A stretch of DNA of 63,611 nt, filler included, from Octopus bimaculoides (Eukaryota): assembly GCF_001194135.2 (NCBI RefSeq). It is 9 parts of 9 records of this genome, joined end to end, with 100 filler letters (N's around TTAATTAATTAA, not from the genome) between each part and the next. Parts side by side here need not be neighbours in the genome. Positions count along the whole stretch, not along the records: positions 1 to 13,187 come from NC_068993.1; 8 more parts are not named here. One strand, written 5' to 3'. Positions 1 through 12,764 of this stretch are shown piece by piece. The notes beneath the pieces are model-generated. The model was not told where the DNA came from. It saw only the letters and a list, made by a program, of their open reading frames with translations, and searched no databases. How positions within the stretch are numbered: position 1 is the stretch's first letter; each line of letters opens with the position of its first letter. Position numbers and translations under genes: made by a program.

Positions 1-67
1 TATATATATATATATATATACATATATACACACACACTCACACACGCACACACACACACACATATAT

Positions 68-220
68 ACGACAGGCTTCTTTCAGTTTCCATCTACCAAA
101 TCCACTCACAAGGCTTTGGTCGGCCCGAGGCTATAGTAGAAGACTTGCCCAAAGTGTCACGCAGTGGGACTGAACCCGGAACCATGTGGTTGGTAAGCAA
201 GCTACTTACCACACAGCCAC
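68..220 (-). mobile_element. SINE family A (tRNA-like head), 5' half
   Basis: Reverse complement reads GTGGCTGTGTGGTAAGTAGCTTGCTTACCAACCACATGGTTCCGGGTTCAGTCCCACTGCGTGACACTTTGGGCAAG (A/B-box-like head), the same as the copies at 5459, 11853 and 33278. Confidence 0.85.
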
Positions 221-720
221 GCTAACAATCCTACCAGCTTGCCGCCTTAAAGCTGACAAATAACGACAAGATAAACCTATTTGATGTTTTATTCATGTGC
301 TTATATAGATATCAGCATATTTGCATTGGGACATGGAAGAGATAAGGATGCATGTTTGTGTGTGTGTGTGCATATTTGTTTTTCATTTGAGATTATGAAT
401 ACTTAAGAATGTGTGTGTGTGAGAGAGAGAGTCATTCTTTTAGTCATTCTCTTGTTTCCATTGTTGAATTGCGACCATGCCGGGGCACTGCTATGGAGGG
501 TTTTGGTTAATTGTGTTGACCCCGTTACTTATTTTTAAGTGTGGTAATAATCTTATCAATCTTTTATTTGTTGAACTGTTAAGTTGTAGGACATAAAGGA
601 AACAAACCATTTTCAAGAGATATTGGCATTAAAGACAGACATGAGAGAATGATACCTACACACGTGTATGTGTCTGTGTATTTGTATATATGTATGTGTA
701 TCATCATCATCATCATCATC

Positions 721-830
721 ATCATCGTTTAACGTCCGCTTTCCATGCTAGCATGGGTTGGACGATTTGACTGAGGACTGGTGAAACCGGATGGCAACAC
801 CAGGCTCCAGTCTAATTTGGCAGAGTTTCT
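721..830 (-). mobile_element. RTE-type retroposon 3' tail ending in (GAT)n
   Basis: Near-identical inverted copy of 5935-6064 (..CCAACCCATGCTAGCATGGAAAGCGGACGTTAAACGATGATG). The RTE assignment is from recall of the tail type. Confidence 0.6.
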
Positions 831-1699
831 GTATGTGAATATATGTATGCATGTGTATATGTATGTGTGTGTGTATATGTGTATGTGCATGTATTTTTTT
901 GTGTGTGTATATGTATATATATATGTGTGTGTCTATACACATACATATATACATATACACACACATAATCACAAATGCATACACATTTGGTTGGTGAAAC
1001 TGAAAATAATCTTATAATTACACACATGTACACATGCATTTGAAGTATGTAAATATATTTTTTATTTGCATTTGTAATTACATCTGTAATTTTACTCTAG
1101 TTGAGGGAAACAATAAAAAAAATTTTAAAAACTAGCATTTCTGTAACATTTTTTTATCTTTTAATGTTTTGCGACTCATTTACAATCTGGTACGTTTCAC
1201 ATGCTTTATGTAATACACATATCATGACTTGTAAGCATTAGCATTTATCATTCTAGCTACATCAGAGAAGGAGGTAATTGGAAATTGGATACAAGATAGC
1301 CTCAAGTTAATGTGAATGAAGGCAGTTTCATATTACCAGGAAGTTACTTGAAATAGGAGTAGGCAGCTTGAAGTCATGACACTGGTTCTTGAATTGCCCT
1401 CACTTATGCCAATGTAGGATTTAGGAAATTGCTTGTCACATTGTACTGACGCAGTAGCTTGAAGCATTAGTGAAACATAAGCTTTGCATAAATTGTTTAA
1501 TTATCAAAGCTCCTTCCTTTGGCAGTTGCAGTTTTCTAGATTTACATTTTGTTGCCCATTCACATAGCTGTTGGATGACTTATTCAGTAGCTTGGGGTGC
1601 CTGATACTTGCAATAATGTCTCCCACATTATTCTTGCAACTATAGCTTACTTTTAAGTTTTTCTGGTTGAATAATCTTTAATATTTATGATCTTTAAGA

Positions 1700-1830
1700 C
1701 AGTGAGCTGGCAGAATCATTAGCACAGTGGACAAAAGGCTTAGCAGTAATTTGCCTGTCTTTATGTTCTGAATTCATATTTTGCCATTATCTGCTTTGCC
1801 TTTCATCATTTTGAGATTGATAAAATAAAT
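1700..1830 (+). mobile_element. SINE family B, old CpG-decayed copy
   Basis: GAGCTGGCAGAATCATTAGCAC...TTCTGAATTCATATTTTGCC...CTTTGCCTTTCATC aligns to the family B copy at 18894. Confidence 0.7.
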
Positions 1831-2690
1831 ACTCACCATCACCCATAAGTAGGGACTTTTTCCTATTTCCCCTGTTCTCTCTTTCTGTCTTACAAGTTAC
1901 CTAGCAACTTCACTACTGCCAGTGGCATGAGAAAGAAGCACCCAGAATTGTTGGCGTCGTGCAAACATTTGAAACCAATATTTATGACCTTTAAGGAAAT
2001 GCTTCTGAGATTTAGGAAGCACTAGTTGAGGATGAACTTGGAAATTATCTCTAAAGTTAAATTTGACTCGAATGGAAACAAGTAAAAGAACAAAAGAATA
2101 AGAACATCACACACACGCACAACCACATGACAGGCTTACACAGTTTTCATCTACCAAATCCACTCAGAAGGTTTTGGTTGCTTGGCTGTGGGATTGAACC
2201 AGAAACCATGTGATTGGGAAGTGAACTACCTATTACTATTGCTTCTCGATTACTGTCCTTGTATGTACTCTTGTTAAATCTCTTGCATTTTTACTCGATA
2301 GTGTACATTAAGAGCTTGCTTGTATGAATACAAGTAAGTTCTTATCAAAAAACAGAAAAAAAAATTCTTCAGAGTTCGTTTTAATCATTATATTGGATTT
2401 AAGTTGTATTTTTTAAAAAATCTTACTTTACATTTAATCTCCAAGCGATCCACTTCAAAATTTTCAAGTAAGTGTGTACACAAGTACACCTTCTCCCCCC
2501 TCCACACACACACATAAATATATAAGTGATTACATAATTGTGATTTAATGAATAAAGGAAAATATTTATCAGGAGTATCTCAAGTAAAAATAAACAAGCC
2601 CATGTCCAAGCTTATGCATACACATAGCAGAATGTTTACACACTCACATACTCACATACACTATCATACACACACACAGACACACACACA

Positions 2691-2723
<33 letters not shown>

Positions 2724-3064
2724 GAACATTCTATTTCTCCCTTTATTCATACACACACCTCCATATACATATACTCGTACACACACTCATATACACAGAC
2801 ACTCATACACACACATCACTCATACACACACACACACACACATCACTCATACACACACACGCATGCAAATACATGAGAAGCAGAGATAACCAACCTATTT
2901 CATCCTCCTCCTTTATCTTACCTCCTTCCCTTTCTCTCTTCCTCTTCCTCTCATTCTTATTCTGTGAAGCATATTTTCTTACCTTCAATGCCATATTCAT
3001 TTCATATATTTACTCCTATCTCGTTTTTGTAGATCACATTTCAAACTATTTACTAGAGATTTGT

Positions 3065-3825
3065 ATGGTGACACTGTGCTGAGGCTAGTGTGAGGCTGTT
3101 GAGACTTTGGCGCAGTTTTGGGGACTGGTGAGCCTTTTTGGGATTGTGGTAAAGCTGATGGGATTATGGTGGTATTGTTGGGATTGTGGTTGTGATGTTC
3201 TGGAATGTTCTGTGGTTCTTCATAGGTAGGGAGTTATCTCCCTGGTGCAACTGTGTATGACAGGAACTGGTCACGCTTATAAATGGTGGTCTTTTGGAAC
3301 GCAAAGCCAGGAATTTTTTTACTGTAATGTTCCCCATGATACATAAGAATGCCTAACATTTGATACATCGGTGCATTCCAGTATGTTTAATCTATGGACC
3401 ATATTACCTGGATAGCAGTCTTGTGGGTTATATGTTTTAGAATTGGATCTGATCCTGACTTTAAAAAAATAAAACATTTCAGTAGTAAGGTTGTTGGGAC
3501 TCCAGTATGGCTGTTGGGACTGTGGTATGGCTGCTGGGACGGTGGCATGGCTGTTGGGATTGTGGTGAGGGTTTCTGGAACTGTGGTAAGGTTTTTGAGA
3601 CAGTGGTATGGTTGTTGGGATTGTGGTAAGATCTTTGGGACTATGGTAAGGGTTTTTGATATGACTGTTGGGATTGTGATGGCAATTTTGGGTCTGTATA
3701 GTATGGTTGTCAGGACTGTGGTATAGCTGTTGGGACCACAGTATGATTGTTGGGATTGCAGTAAGATTTTTGGGACTGTGGTATTGCTGTTAGGACTGCT
3801 GTGTGGTTATTGGGATTGTGGTAAA
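3065..3825 (+). repeat. Degenerate GT-rich minisatellite, unit about 20-21 bp (CTGTTGGGACTGTGGTATGG-like), in two blocks
   Basis: Recurrent ttgggactgtggt / ttgggattgtggt motifs at about 3065-3215 and 3485-3825. This explains the spurious ORFs 3394-3726 and 3730-3927. Confidence 0.75.
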
Positions 3826-3886
3826 GACTACACTACTAATACTAATATTGCTCTCTTAAAGCTGTTGTTTCTGTTCTTTGTTTCAG

Positions 3887-3983
3887 ACATATTTTACATA
3901 AATCCTGTGTGGATCCATGGCTGTTAGAACAAAGAAGTTGTCCCATGTGTAAAATGGATATCCTTAGAGCATATGGAATGCCC
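3887..3983 (+). CDS. RNF150: Internal coding exon, C-terminal half of a RING-H2 finger; goliath/RNF130/RNF150-family E3 ubiquitin ligase
   Basis: Acceptor ctgttctttgtttcag and donor CCC|gtaagc. Translation (R)HILHKSCVDPWLLEQRSCPMCKMDILRAYGMP matches the goliath-family signature HxFHKxCVDPWLxxxRxCPMCKxxIL. The family call is firm; the exact paralog name is approximate. Other exons were not identified with confidence. Confidence 0.88.
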
Positions 3984-4244
3984 GTAAGCATTGTTTATTT
4001 TTTCATTTCCTTCATATTCTTCAACAAAGACAATAAATTGATCCTGAGTCACCAACATGTTGGCTAGCCTTCTCAGTTCTTGGTTCAAACCCTGCTTAGG
4101 TCCAATGTTGTCTTTCATCCTTTTGGGATTTACTTAAAAATAAAAGTACAAATCCAGGGGTAGGGATGCGGAAGATGGATTGGCAGAACTGTTCAAGCAT
4201 CGGACAAGATGCCTTGCTGTAATTAGCTTTTCTTGTAAGTAGAT

Positions 4245-4625
4245 TTCGGGTTTAGCCCCACTGTGTGACACCTTGGGCAGGTGTCTTCTACTACTATACC
4301 CTCAGGTCAACCCGTACCTTGTGAGTAAATCTAGTCAACAGAAACTGTTGTGTGGAAGCCTGTTGTTTGCATGTGTTTGTGTTTCTTTGTGTCTGTGTTT
4401 GTTCCTCCAACAGACATACGCACACTCTATTTAACAACTGTTGGTTTGTTAGTGTCCCTGTAATTTAGCAGTTTGGGAAAAGAGACTAATAGAATAAGTA
4501 TGAGATTTAAATAAAAAAAATAAATAAATAAATAAATAAATACTGGGTCAATCTGTTTGATTAAAATCCTGAAAGGCAGTGCTCCAGCATGGCCGCAGTC
4601 CACTGATTAAAAAGATGAAAGAAGC
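4245..4625 (+). mobile_element. SINE family A, old degenerate copy
   Basis: ccccactgtgtgacaccttgggcaggtgtcttctact ... aggcagtgctccagcatggccgcagtc tail. Confidence 0.75.
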
Positions 4626-5458
4626 GGAATATAAACACCACAAGACCCTTTATTCAAACTTCTATTGATTCTACAAAGATGAAAGAATTTCTTTATAAAA
4701 AGCTGAGATAAAGACCGGGCAGAAGGCTTTGCTTACAGCAGCTGAGGATAATATATGTAATTTTTGTATTTAGGTAAAAAAGACATTAATCAAACAAATA
4801 ACAAACAGGCAAAAAAAAAAACCCAAAAGAAAAAGTAGCTTGTCACAAAAGCAAAATCCTGCTTAAGGATTACTTAGGAAGATTACGTGTGTGCGTGTAT
4901 TTGTTTGCGTGTGGATGCATGCAAAGGTCCTCGTTGGCGAGAAGGGAGCCCCCAGGATATTTTATATGTTTGTTTCAATGTTATGTAACAAAGGTTAGAA
5001 GCCAAGTGTGTTGCGTTTGTTTATTTGGATGAAGCAACTTGTTTTTGAACAGTGAAAAAAGAAACGTGTTGTCTTAATACGTGCATCAACAAAACAAAAA
5101 CAAAACACTTGAGTTTAATGATGCTGTAGGGGCCGTTGGCATCATTGTCAACAACATGTTGCCATCATCGTCATCCACATTGGCAACACTTGCCTTTTTT
5201 TTTTTATATGGTTTATTTAAATTCTAGCCCCGAGGCATAAGTGTAGCAGCTGTACATTAAATGTGGGTAATACACAAACACAAAGACAAATAAACAACAT
5301 AATCCATTCGTGTACACACACACACACACACACACACACGCGCGTTTCTATATTTATGTATAAACAAAGTGAGAGAAGCAGTATTAATACCAAAAGGTGG
5401 GGTATTCAACACTTCAGGGTGGATGTGGCATGGCATGAGAACACACAAATCAGCACAG

Positions 5459-5614
5459 TTGTGGCTGTGTGGTAAGAAGCTTGCTTCCCAACCACATGGT
5501 TCTGGGTTCAGTCCTACTGCATGGCACCTTGAGCAAGTGTCTTCTACTATATCCTAGGGCCGACCAAAACCTTGTGAGTAAATTTGGTAGACGAAAACTG
5601 AAAGAGACCTGTTG

Positions 5615-5667
<53 letters not shown>

Positions 5668-5907
5668 ATATGTCTATGTGTGTCTTTGTGTCTATTTTTG
5701 TCCCCCTCACCCATCGACATTACCACTTGACAATCGGTGTTGGTGTGTTTATGTCTCTGTAACCTAGCAGTTCAGCAAAAGAGACTGATAGATTAAGTAC
5801 TAGGATTCAAAAAATAAGTCCCGGAGTCGATTTGTTTGACTAAAACCCCTCAAAGTGGTGCCCCAGCATTACAACTCAGTAATTGAAATGAGTAATAGAT
5901 AAAAGAT
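5459..5907 (+). mobile_element. SINE family A, full length with internal (TA)n
   Basis: Head gtggctgtgtggtaagaagcttgcttcccaaccacatggttctgggttcagtcc, internal microsatellite, tail gtggtgccccagcatt. Confidence 0.85.
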
Positions 5908-5934
5908 GTAGATACATAGATAGATGAATATATA

Positions 5935-6064
5935 CATGGAAGGGCATCCAGCTGTAGAAACTCTGCCAAATCAGATTGGAGCCTGGTGTAGCCATCTGGT
6001 TCACTAGTCCTCAGTCAAATCGTCCAACCCATGCTAGCATGGAAAGCAGACGTTAAATGATGAT
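5935..6064 (+). mobile_element. RTE-type retroposon 3' tail
   Basis: gaagggcatccagctgtagaaactctgcc...gacgttaaatgatgatg; homologous to 721-830. Confidence 0.6.
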
Positions 6065-7044
6065 GTTTGTGTGTGTTTTGAGTGTCCAATTTATATTCAC
6101 CTTATAAAGGTAGTTTGGCCATACTAAACTATAATTATTTGTAGAATATGGAAAAAATTATTTTGGTGGAGTTAGTTATAAGATTTTTTATAACTAACTC
6201 CACTTTGCAACAGAAATGATATAAGAACCTTCTAATCCCAAAACAAATCAAAAAGAGATGAACACAAAACACTTAACCTTTCGGACAATAATCTTTCATC
6301 AAAAGAAAGAAAACACTGAAGGACGAGAATAAAAAAGAAATGTGGTGTGTGTGTGTGTGTGTGTGTATACATAGCTATATAATTGATTTATAATTTTGTG
6401 TACATTAAATACACTAAGCATGCACAGAATATAAGCATTCAGCTAAATGAAATAAAAAAAAAAACACTCATGTCTTCCAAGGTAGATATAGACGTAAGCC
6501 AAATTATTATAGGTTTACTGCAATTCCTTTGTGACATCCTTGACCTAGTTTAACTGTTGGGTTGTATTTTGTAGAGTAAAGTTGATTAGTTACGGTTTCA
6601 TCATAATATATTCAATGTATGTTGTGAATAGCACTTATACACTTGTTTGATTTACAAGTTTGTATGTCTATGCACAATAAACTCACCCTGAATAAAAGAC
6701 TAACACATGTGTCATCAGCACCATTATCTACTTTATGTCTGGTTTTCTCATGATGTCATGGATCAGATGAGACCTATTGAGGTTACGTGGTATGGTTGGA
6801 TGCTGCTCCTATTGTCAAACATTACTTGTTTCTTCAGTGAGGTTTGTTACATTCCTTTGGTGTTTACATGTTGAGACTGACAAAGCTTGCGAGCTATGAG
6901 ACGTGACGTGTTGTTTACGGGGAAAGATAAACAAACATCAACATTGCTCAGATGATATCAATATGAAGACATGGAAAAAAACAAACCTCCCCTCTCTCTA
7001 CACATGCACAGATATATACATATGTATGTAGTATATATGAATGC

Positions 7045-7143
<99 letters not shown>

Positions 7144-7145
7144 TG

Positions 7146-7180
<35 letters not shown>

Positions 7181-7439
7181 ATATATGTGTGTGTGTGTGT
7201 GTGTGAAGTGTGGAATTTGTGTACGTATGTCTGTAAGTGCAGGAATGAACTTTGCACCCAGGGGGTGCAAACCCAGACCTAAAATTTTTTACAAACAAGG
7301 TCAAATTTTTTTTCAATCTTAACTTCAAAACAAACACAGGTGTATTAATAATTCTTGTCATTTGATATATTTGCCCATCAATCAGTTCAGGTAAACCCAA
7401 TAACGCAAAAGTTAATGTTTCAAATCAGTTCAAAAATGT

Positions 7440-7820
7440 TTCTATGCTTATTTATTTTGGTGGTGAAGTTTTTCAGGAGTATGTTCAAAGCTTCCAGCTG
7501 CTGACAGTACTTCACCCTATAGACTGTTTCAATTTGGTTTAATTTCTCGTAACAGACGACATACTTCACAAGGCATAACTTTTTTCAGGTGTGCTCTGTT
7601 TGGGAGATGGACTTCCCATTTTCATTAGGTACCAACTATTGCCGTTTTCGTTGGATACGATTATAGAGGACCCACTTTTCATTATTTGTGATGGAAAGAT
7701 TCAGTAGAAAGTCTACTGTTACGTGTCAAGGAGAGGGCAACGCCTTAACTAAGCTGAGAAGCTGTCAGATGATGAAAAATCCACTGATCAAGTTCAGACA
7801 CTTTACCTAGTCCATGAAGG
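7440..7820 (-). pseudogene. Degenerate mariner transposase fragment
   Basis: Minus-strand translation gives LGKVSELDQWIFHHL (WVPHEL-like), TNNEKWVLYNRIQRKRQ (TGDEKW-like) and KKVM, with stops and frameshifts. Confidence 0.6.
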
Positions 7821-8394
7821 TGTTTTATATATACGTATACTCACTGACACACATACACACATACATACATACAACAGGGTCCGTGTACCAAATTTTGCTC
7901 ACAAGATATTAGTCAGCTGGGTGCTGTGGTAGAAGAGACACACTTCTGGTTCCATGCATTGTGGTAAAACCCAAAACTAGTGGCTGCAAAGTGAATTTCA
8001 CAACCACACAAACATGTGAGTATTTTTGTGTATCTGTCTACCACAAACAGCTGTGTTGTAATTTGTTAAAAACATCAAATCTATTAATTAATTTGAATTA
8101 TTTATTACCTATTAACAACACTTTGCATCCATCAGTAATGCCTTTTGATGAGGCATAAAGTACACAACATCCCATCTTCGAGTCACCATGAATCCTTTCC
8201 TTTAGACTATTATATAAAATGCTACTGGAAGTGAAAGTTGATCGTTGACAGGACAGCTTAGACTAAATACGTGACTTAGTTTGTGTGATTTGCATGTGTG
8301 TGTATGTTGGTAAATATTTGATAAAGCAAATTCTCTCGTGGTAAATATGGAGCTTTAACATTTCAAAAAACAAACAAACTGCATTCTAAAAGCT

Positions 8395-8800
8395 AAGTCA
8401 CCTCCTGAGGGACCCCAGAATATATTACAACCTAGAACAGTTGCTAACATTGTACAAAGCTCAAATTTTGACCCACATAACTAGCATATTTCTTGATATA
8501 CCTTACATGACATTGCTGCTACTACAAGTACAAACATATGTCCTAGCTGATTACTAACTGATAAAGACCCTCTGACTTGCAGACAGGTCGTCTCTTGTCC
8601 AGCTCTTCTGTCACTACTGTGCCTATTCTACTCTTTGGAACTAGCTAGTTGCAGGTCACTTGCATACACCTACTTTTTCTCATGCCAATGAAGGAACCAC
8701 TAAGTGGTCTCTAGACTTCACAGTTGCCCCCCACCTTATCAAATAGAGCTACATTTTCCTCTAATTACACTCCATTGTCTTCACCCTTTTCTAAATTGCT
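8395..8800 (+). mobile_element. Highly decayed LINE (CR1/Jockey-like) RT C-terminal fragment
   Basis: Translation LLRDPRIYYNLEQLLTLYKAQI resembles the LxxLYKAQIRP motif of LINE RT C-termini; downstream signal is weak. Confidence 0.4.
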
Positions 8801-10447
8801 ACAGGAAGCAAAATGTACATACAACTATTCCTACCCCTTTAATACTTTAAACCCTCATCTCTTAGTATAAAGTTGCATCCCTGTCTATTGTGTGCCGCAG
8901 TCAGTCAAGTGGGATCTTTGTCATGTAAGTTGCATATATGTATATATATATATTCCCCCTGGATAAGATGCTAGTCCATTACTAGATTAGTCACTTTTGC
9001 CAGCTGAGTGGACTGGGGCAACACAAAATGTGTTTTACTCTTGAACACAATACACCACCCAGTCCAGGAATTGAAACCACGAGTCCAACATCCTAACCTC
9101 CTAAGCACTAAGCCATGCACCTCCACATGTGTGTATGTGCGTGTGTGTACGCATGTGTGTATGTATATAAACGTACATACACAACCAACTCTTTCCTGTT
9201 TAATATCAGAGATATTATATAATATGGCTTTTAATATAGCAAGCGTGAGAGCTACTACTACTATCAACTAACTTCTACTTTTCAGCAGGTAAAAAGAATA
9301 AAGAAAGAGAGAAAGAAGAAAGAAAAAGCTGACCCTTACCCCTCACCATCACTGCCCACCCCATCACTTGCCTTCCAGGTTCTAACAAGTAAAATAGAAA
9401 CAGAAAGAAACAGGAAGTCTCTTTACTGTGGCTCTGAGGGGATGAGTGAGAGATAGGGGTGTGTATGCCCTCATGCACCAGACAGTGTGGGAGGAGGGGG
9501 AGTCGAGTGGAGTAGGGGTGAGGGCTAAGTTGAGGGTGATGAGAGGGGACTTCATCTCAATTTACCTATTGTTTATTGTACTCTGTGACTGATTTGCTTT
9601 TCACAGCTTAATATTTCCACTGAGTGGAGATGGGCACAAAAAGGATTCGGTGAGGGTAGATTCAACCCCCACCCCCGTGTCCATTACAGTATCTTTATCT
9701 GGTCAGTTTCTTTTTGTTTGTTTTACATATATTTCTATCTCCTTTTTTATTCTTTAGTTTTTAGTCTCATTTTCCGGCTTCCCTCTCCTCCTCTCACCCC
9801 CCCCCCACTTGCTACTCTCACCACCAAAACAAATTTAATCTGATTGTTTTTTTCTCTTGTTTTTAATTTTTTCTTTTCTTTCCTTATGCAAGGTGAGGGG
9901 AGGTGCTTCAGGCATGGCTGTGTGGTTAAAAAGCTTACTTCGCAACCACATGGATTCAGGTTCAGTCCCACTGCATGGCACCTTGAGCAGGGTCTTCTAT
10001 TATAGCCTCAGGCCAACCAGTGCCTTGTATGGTATCACTCTCACCAGAGACCCACACAAAGACCATTACCTACCTACTGGTCAAGACTTTGTATTCTCCA
10101 TTGCACACCCTACTGTGTTTCGTGTTCACAGAGTATTTGATAAAGCGAATTCTCTCGTGGTAAAATATGAAGCTTTAACATTTCAAAAAAGACAAAAACT
10201 GCATGTCATGATGTCGGCGTCTTGATACCTGGCATCAATCATCGTGATGCAAGTAACTCTTTTCCAGTGTTCAGATGATTCCCACCCGTCCTTGTCAGCT
10301 AACTTTTTCTCAATTACAACTTTCATTTTTATGCTCTCCAACGCTGTTGACTGTTCAGCAAGCAGTTCCTCAATAAAAGAGACATACAAAAAAAAATCAT
10401 CAAATTTAGCCCAAACACCTTGCATATATACATGTGTGTGTGTATAC

Positions 10448-10483
<36 letters not shown>

Positions 10484-10880
10484 GTATATATTAAACTGGA
10501 AACTTCACTAAAAATTACTTACATTTTACTGTTAAGTTTCATACATATTTATACAATTATATATATATATTCAGTTAAAATATGCGTTTTACTCCATTTA
10601 CTAAATTTATATATTTACTCAAGAACCCAAAATATCAAGGAGTTTCTACTTCATAAACAGGAGTTACAACACAGTCATTTTGTGATCTTTGCTACCCTGG
10701 TATCTATTAACCAATTTATTTTGTCCGAGTTAATTATTAACTAAGAGAAAATAAATACATATAATAAAACACATATATATATGTATATATATATATATAC
10801 ACACACACACACATGCATACATATACATGCACACACTCGCATATATATAAATATATATAGATTTGTGTATGAATGTCTAT

Positions 10881-10937
<57 letters not shown>

Positions 10938-11579
10938 CACACATACACACTCATGTGTACGCCCACACACTGACAAATCCTCTTTACGATAAATGATCTT
11001 TGCATCTAAAAAAAGAACCTGCTATTTTTGTAAATAATCTCCAGGTGACTAACTTCTAACACCTTTTGATTAGATATTTCCATAAAGGTAAACAAGATTA
11101 GTAACAGTTGTCGTATCGACTCAGCAGGTGATTTCAGCCAAGAGCCTAAGGTATAGACTTAAAAAAAACAATTAACAGCAATGTGATGGATTTATTATAT
11201 TGGTTATTAAAGAGAATATTACAAAAGGTGATGTAGAATGGCAAGGATTGCATTGGCTGGAGTGTAAATTCTTGACAAAACACTTTGGTTCCTGAATATG
11301 TGTTTACATCAAGGCAGCGAGCTGGTGGAAGCCCAACTGCCAAGTTACAGGGATGTAAACAAACCAACACCAGTTGAAGGGACAAACATAAACATGTGCA
11401 CATACAAACACACATACATATATATATATATATATTATATTTCGTCTGTCCTTATGTTCTGAGTTCAAGTTTTGCCAAGGTTGACTTTGCCTTTCATCTT
11501 TTCAGTATCGATAAATTAAGTACCAGTTGCTTATGGTTGTAAATATTATCCAATATTATTATGGTTGTAAATATTATCC

Positions 11580-11613
<34 letters not shown>

Positions 11614-11852
11614 TATAAAATAAAGAAAATAGAATTAATTTTTAAAAAGCCTATACCACCAGTTGTGTAGTTTTACAATATCTTTTGGTCCTATCAAATC
11701 ACAGATGCCAATCACTATGATATCAAACTGATACAATTGAATTTTCCCAGGAGGTAGTGTGACTTATTAGTGTTGCTCTCAAGCTTACTGTACAATAGCT
11801 ACAGACTTAAAATACCTGTACAGTATCTCCAAGCTTAGGATAGTTGTACCAT

Positions 11853-12224
11853 AGGCACAGGAGTGGCTGTGTGGTAAGTAGTTTGCTTACCAACCACATA
11901 GTTCCGGGTACCTTGGGTAAGTGTCTTCCACTATAGCCTCGGGCCGACCAAAGCTTTGTGAGTGGATTTGGCAGATGGAAACTGAAAGAAGCTCGTCGTA
12001 TATATGTATATATATGTGTGTGTGTGTGTATTTGTCCCCCCAACATTGCTTGACAACCGATGCTGGTGTTTACGTCCCCATAATTTAATGGTTCGCCAAA
12101 AGAGACCGATAGAATAAGTACTAGGCTTCCAAAGAATAAGTGCTGGGGTCGATTTGCTCAGCTAAAGGCGGTGCTCCAGCATGGCCACAGTCAAATGACT
12201 GAAACAAGTAAAAGAGTAAAGAGT
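11853..12224 (+). mobile_element. SINE family A, near full length
   Basis: aggcacaggagtggctgtgtggtaagtag head through gactgaaacaagtaaaagagtaaagag tail. Confidence 0.88.
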
Positions 12225-12425
12225 ATACCTACAGACTTTAAATACCTGTAGAATACTTCCAGATTTAGAATACCTGTACAATACCTACAGGCATAGAACA
12301 CCTGCAGAATACCTACAGATTAGAATACCCATTGAAGACCTTCAGATTTAGAACACCTGTAGAATACCTACAGACTTGGAATACCCATACAATACCTATG
12401 GACATGGAGGCTTAGGCTACCTGTA
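12225..12425 (+). repeat. Degenerate ~30-bp tandem repeat (TACCTACAGACTTAGAATACCTGTAGAA-like); further units at about 11790-11850
   Basis: Repeated tacctacaga / aatacctgtag motifs on both sides of the SINE at 11853-12224. Confidence 0.7.
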
Positions 12426-12722
12426 GCCTGCAAGTTCTGGGACAGATGGATACTGGATTTTGAGGGAGAAACTGAACAGCTGTATCACTGGAAATGGCAG
12501 TAGAGAATTTAAAAAGAAATCATATGCTCTTAATCTCTTAGTTATGGCCTTAGTTCAGCTAATTCATAATATGACAGATAAAGATTATACCAATTATTTC
12601 CTATTCCTAACAAGACGGATAGCGATACCTAGTAAACCCTACTTATAACAGGACAGATATAAATACTCCGTCACTCCTATTTATAGCAGAACTGTTAAAA
12701 ATACTCGTTTATATCTATTTAT

Positions 12723-12764
<42 letters not shown>

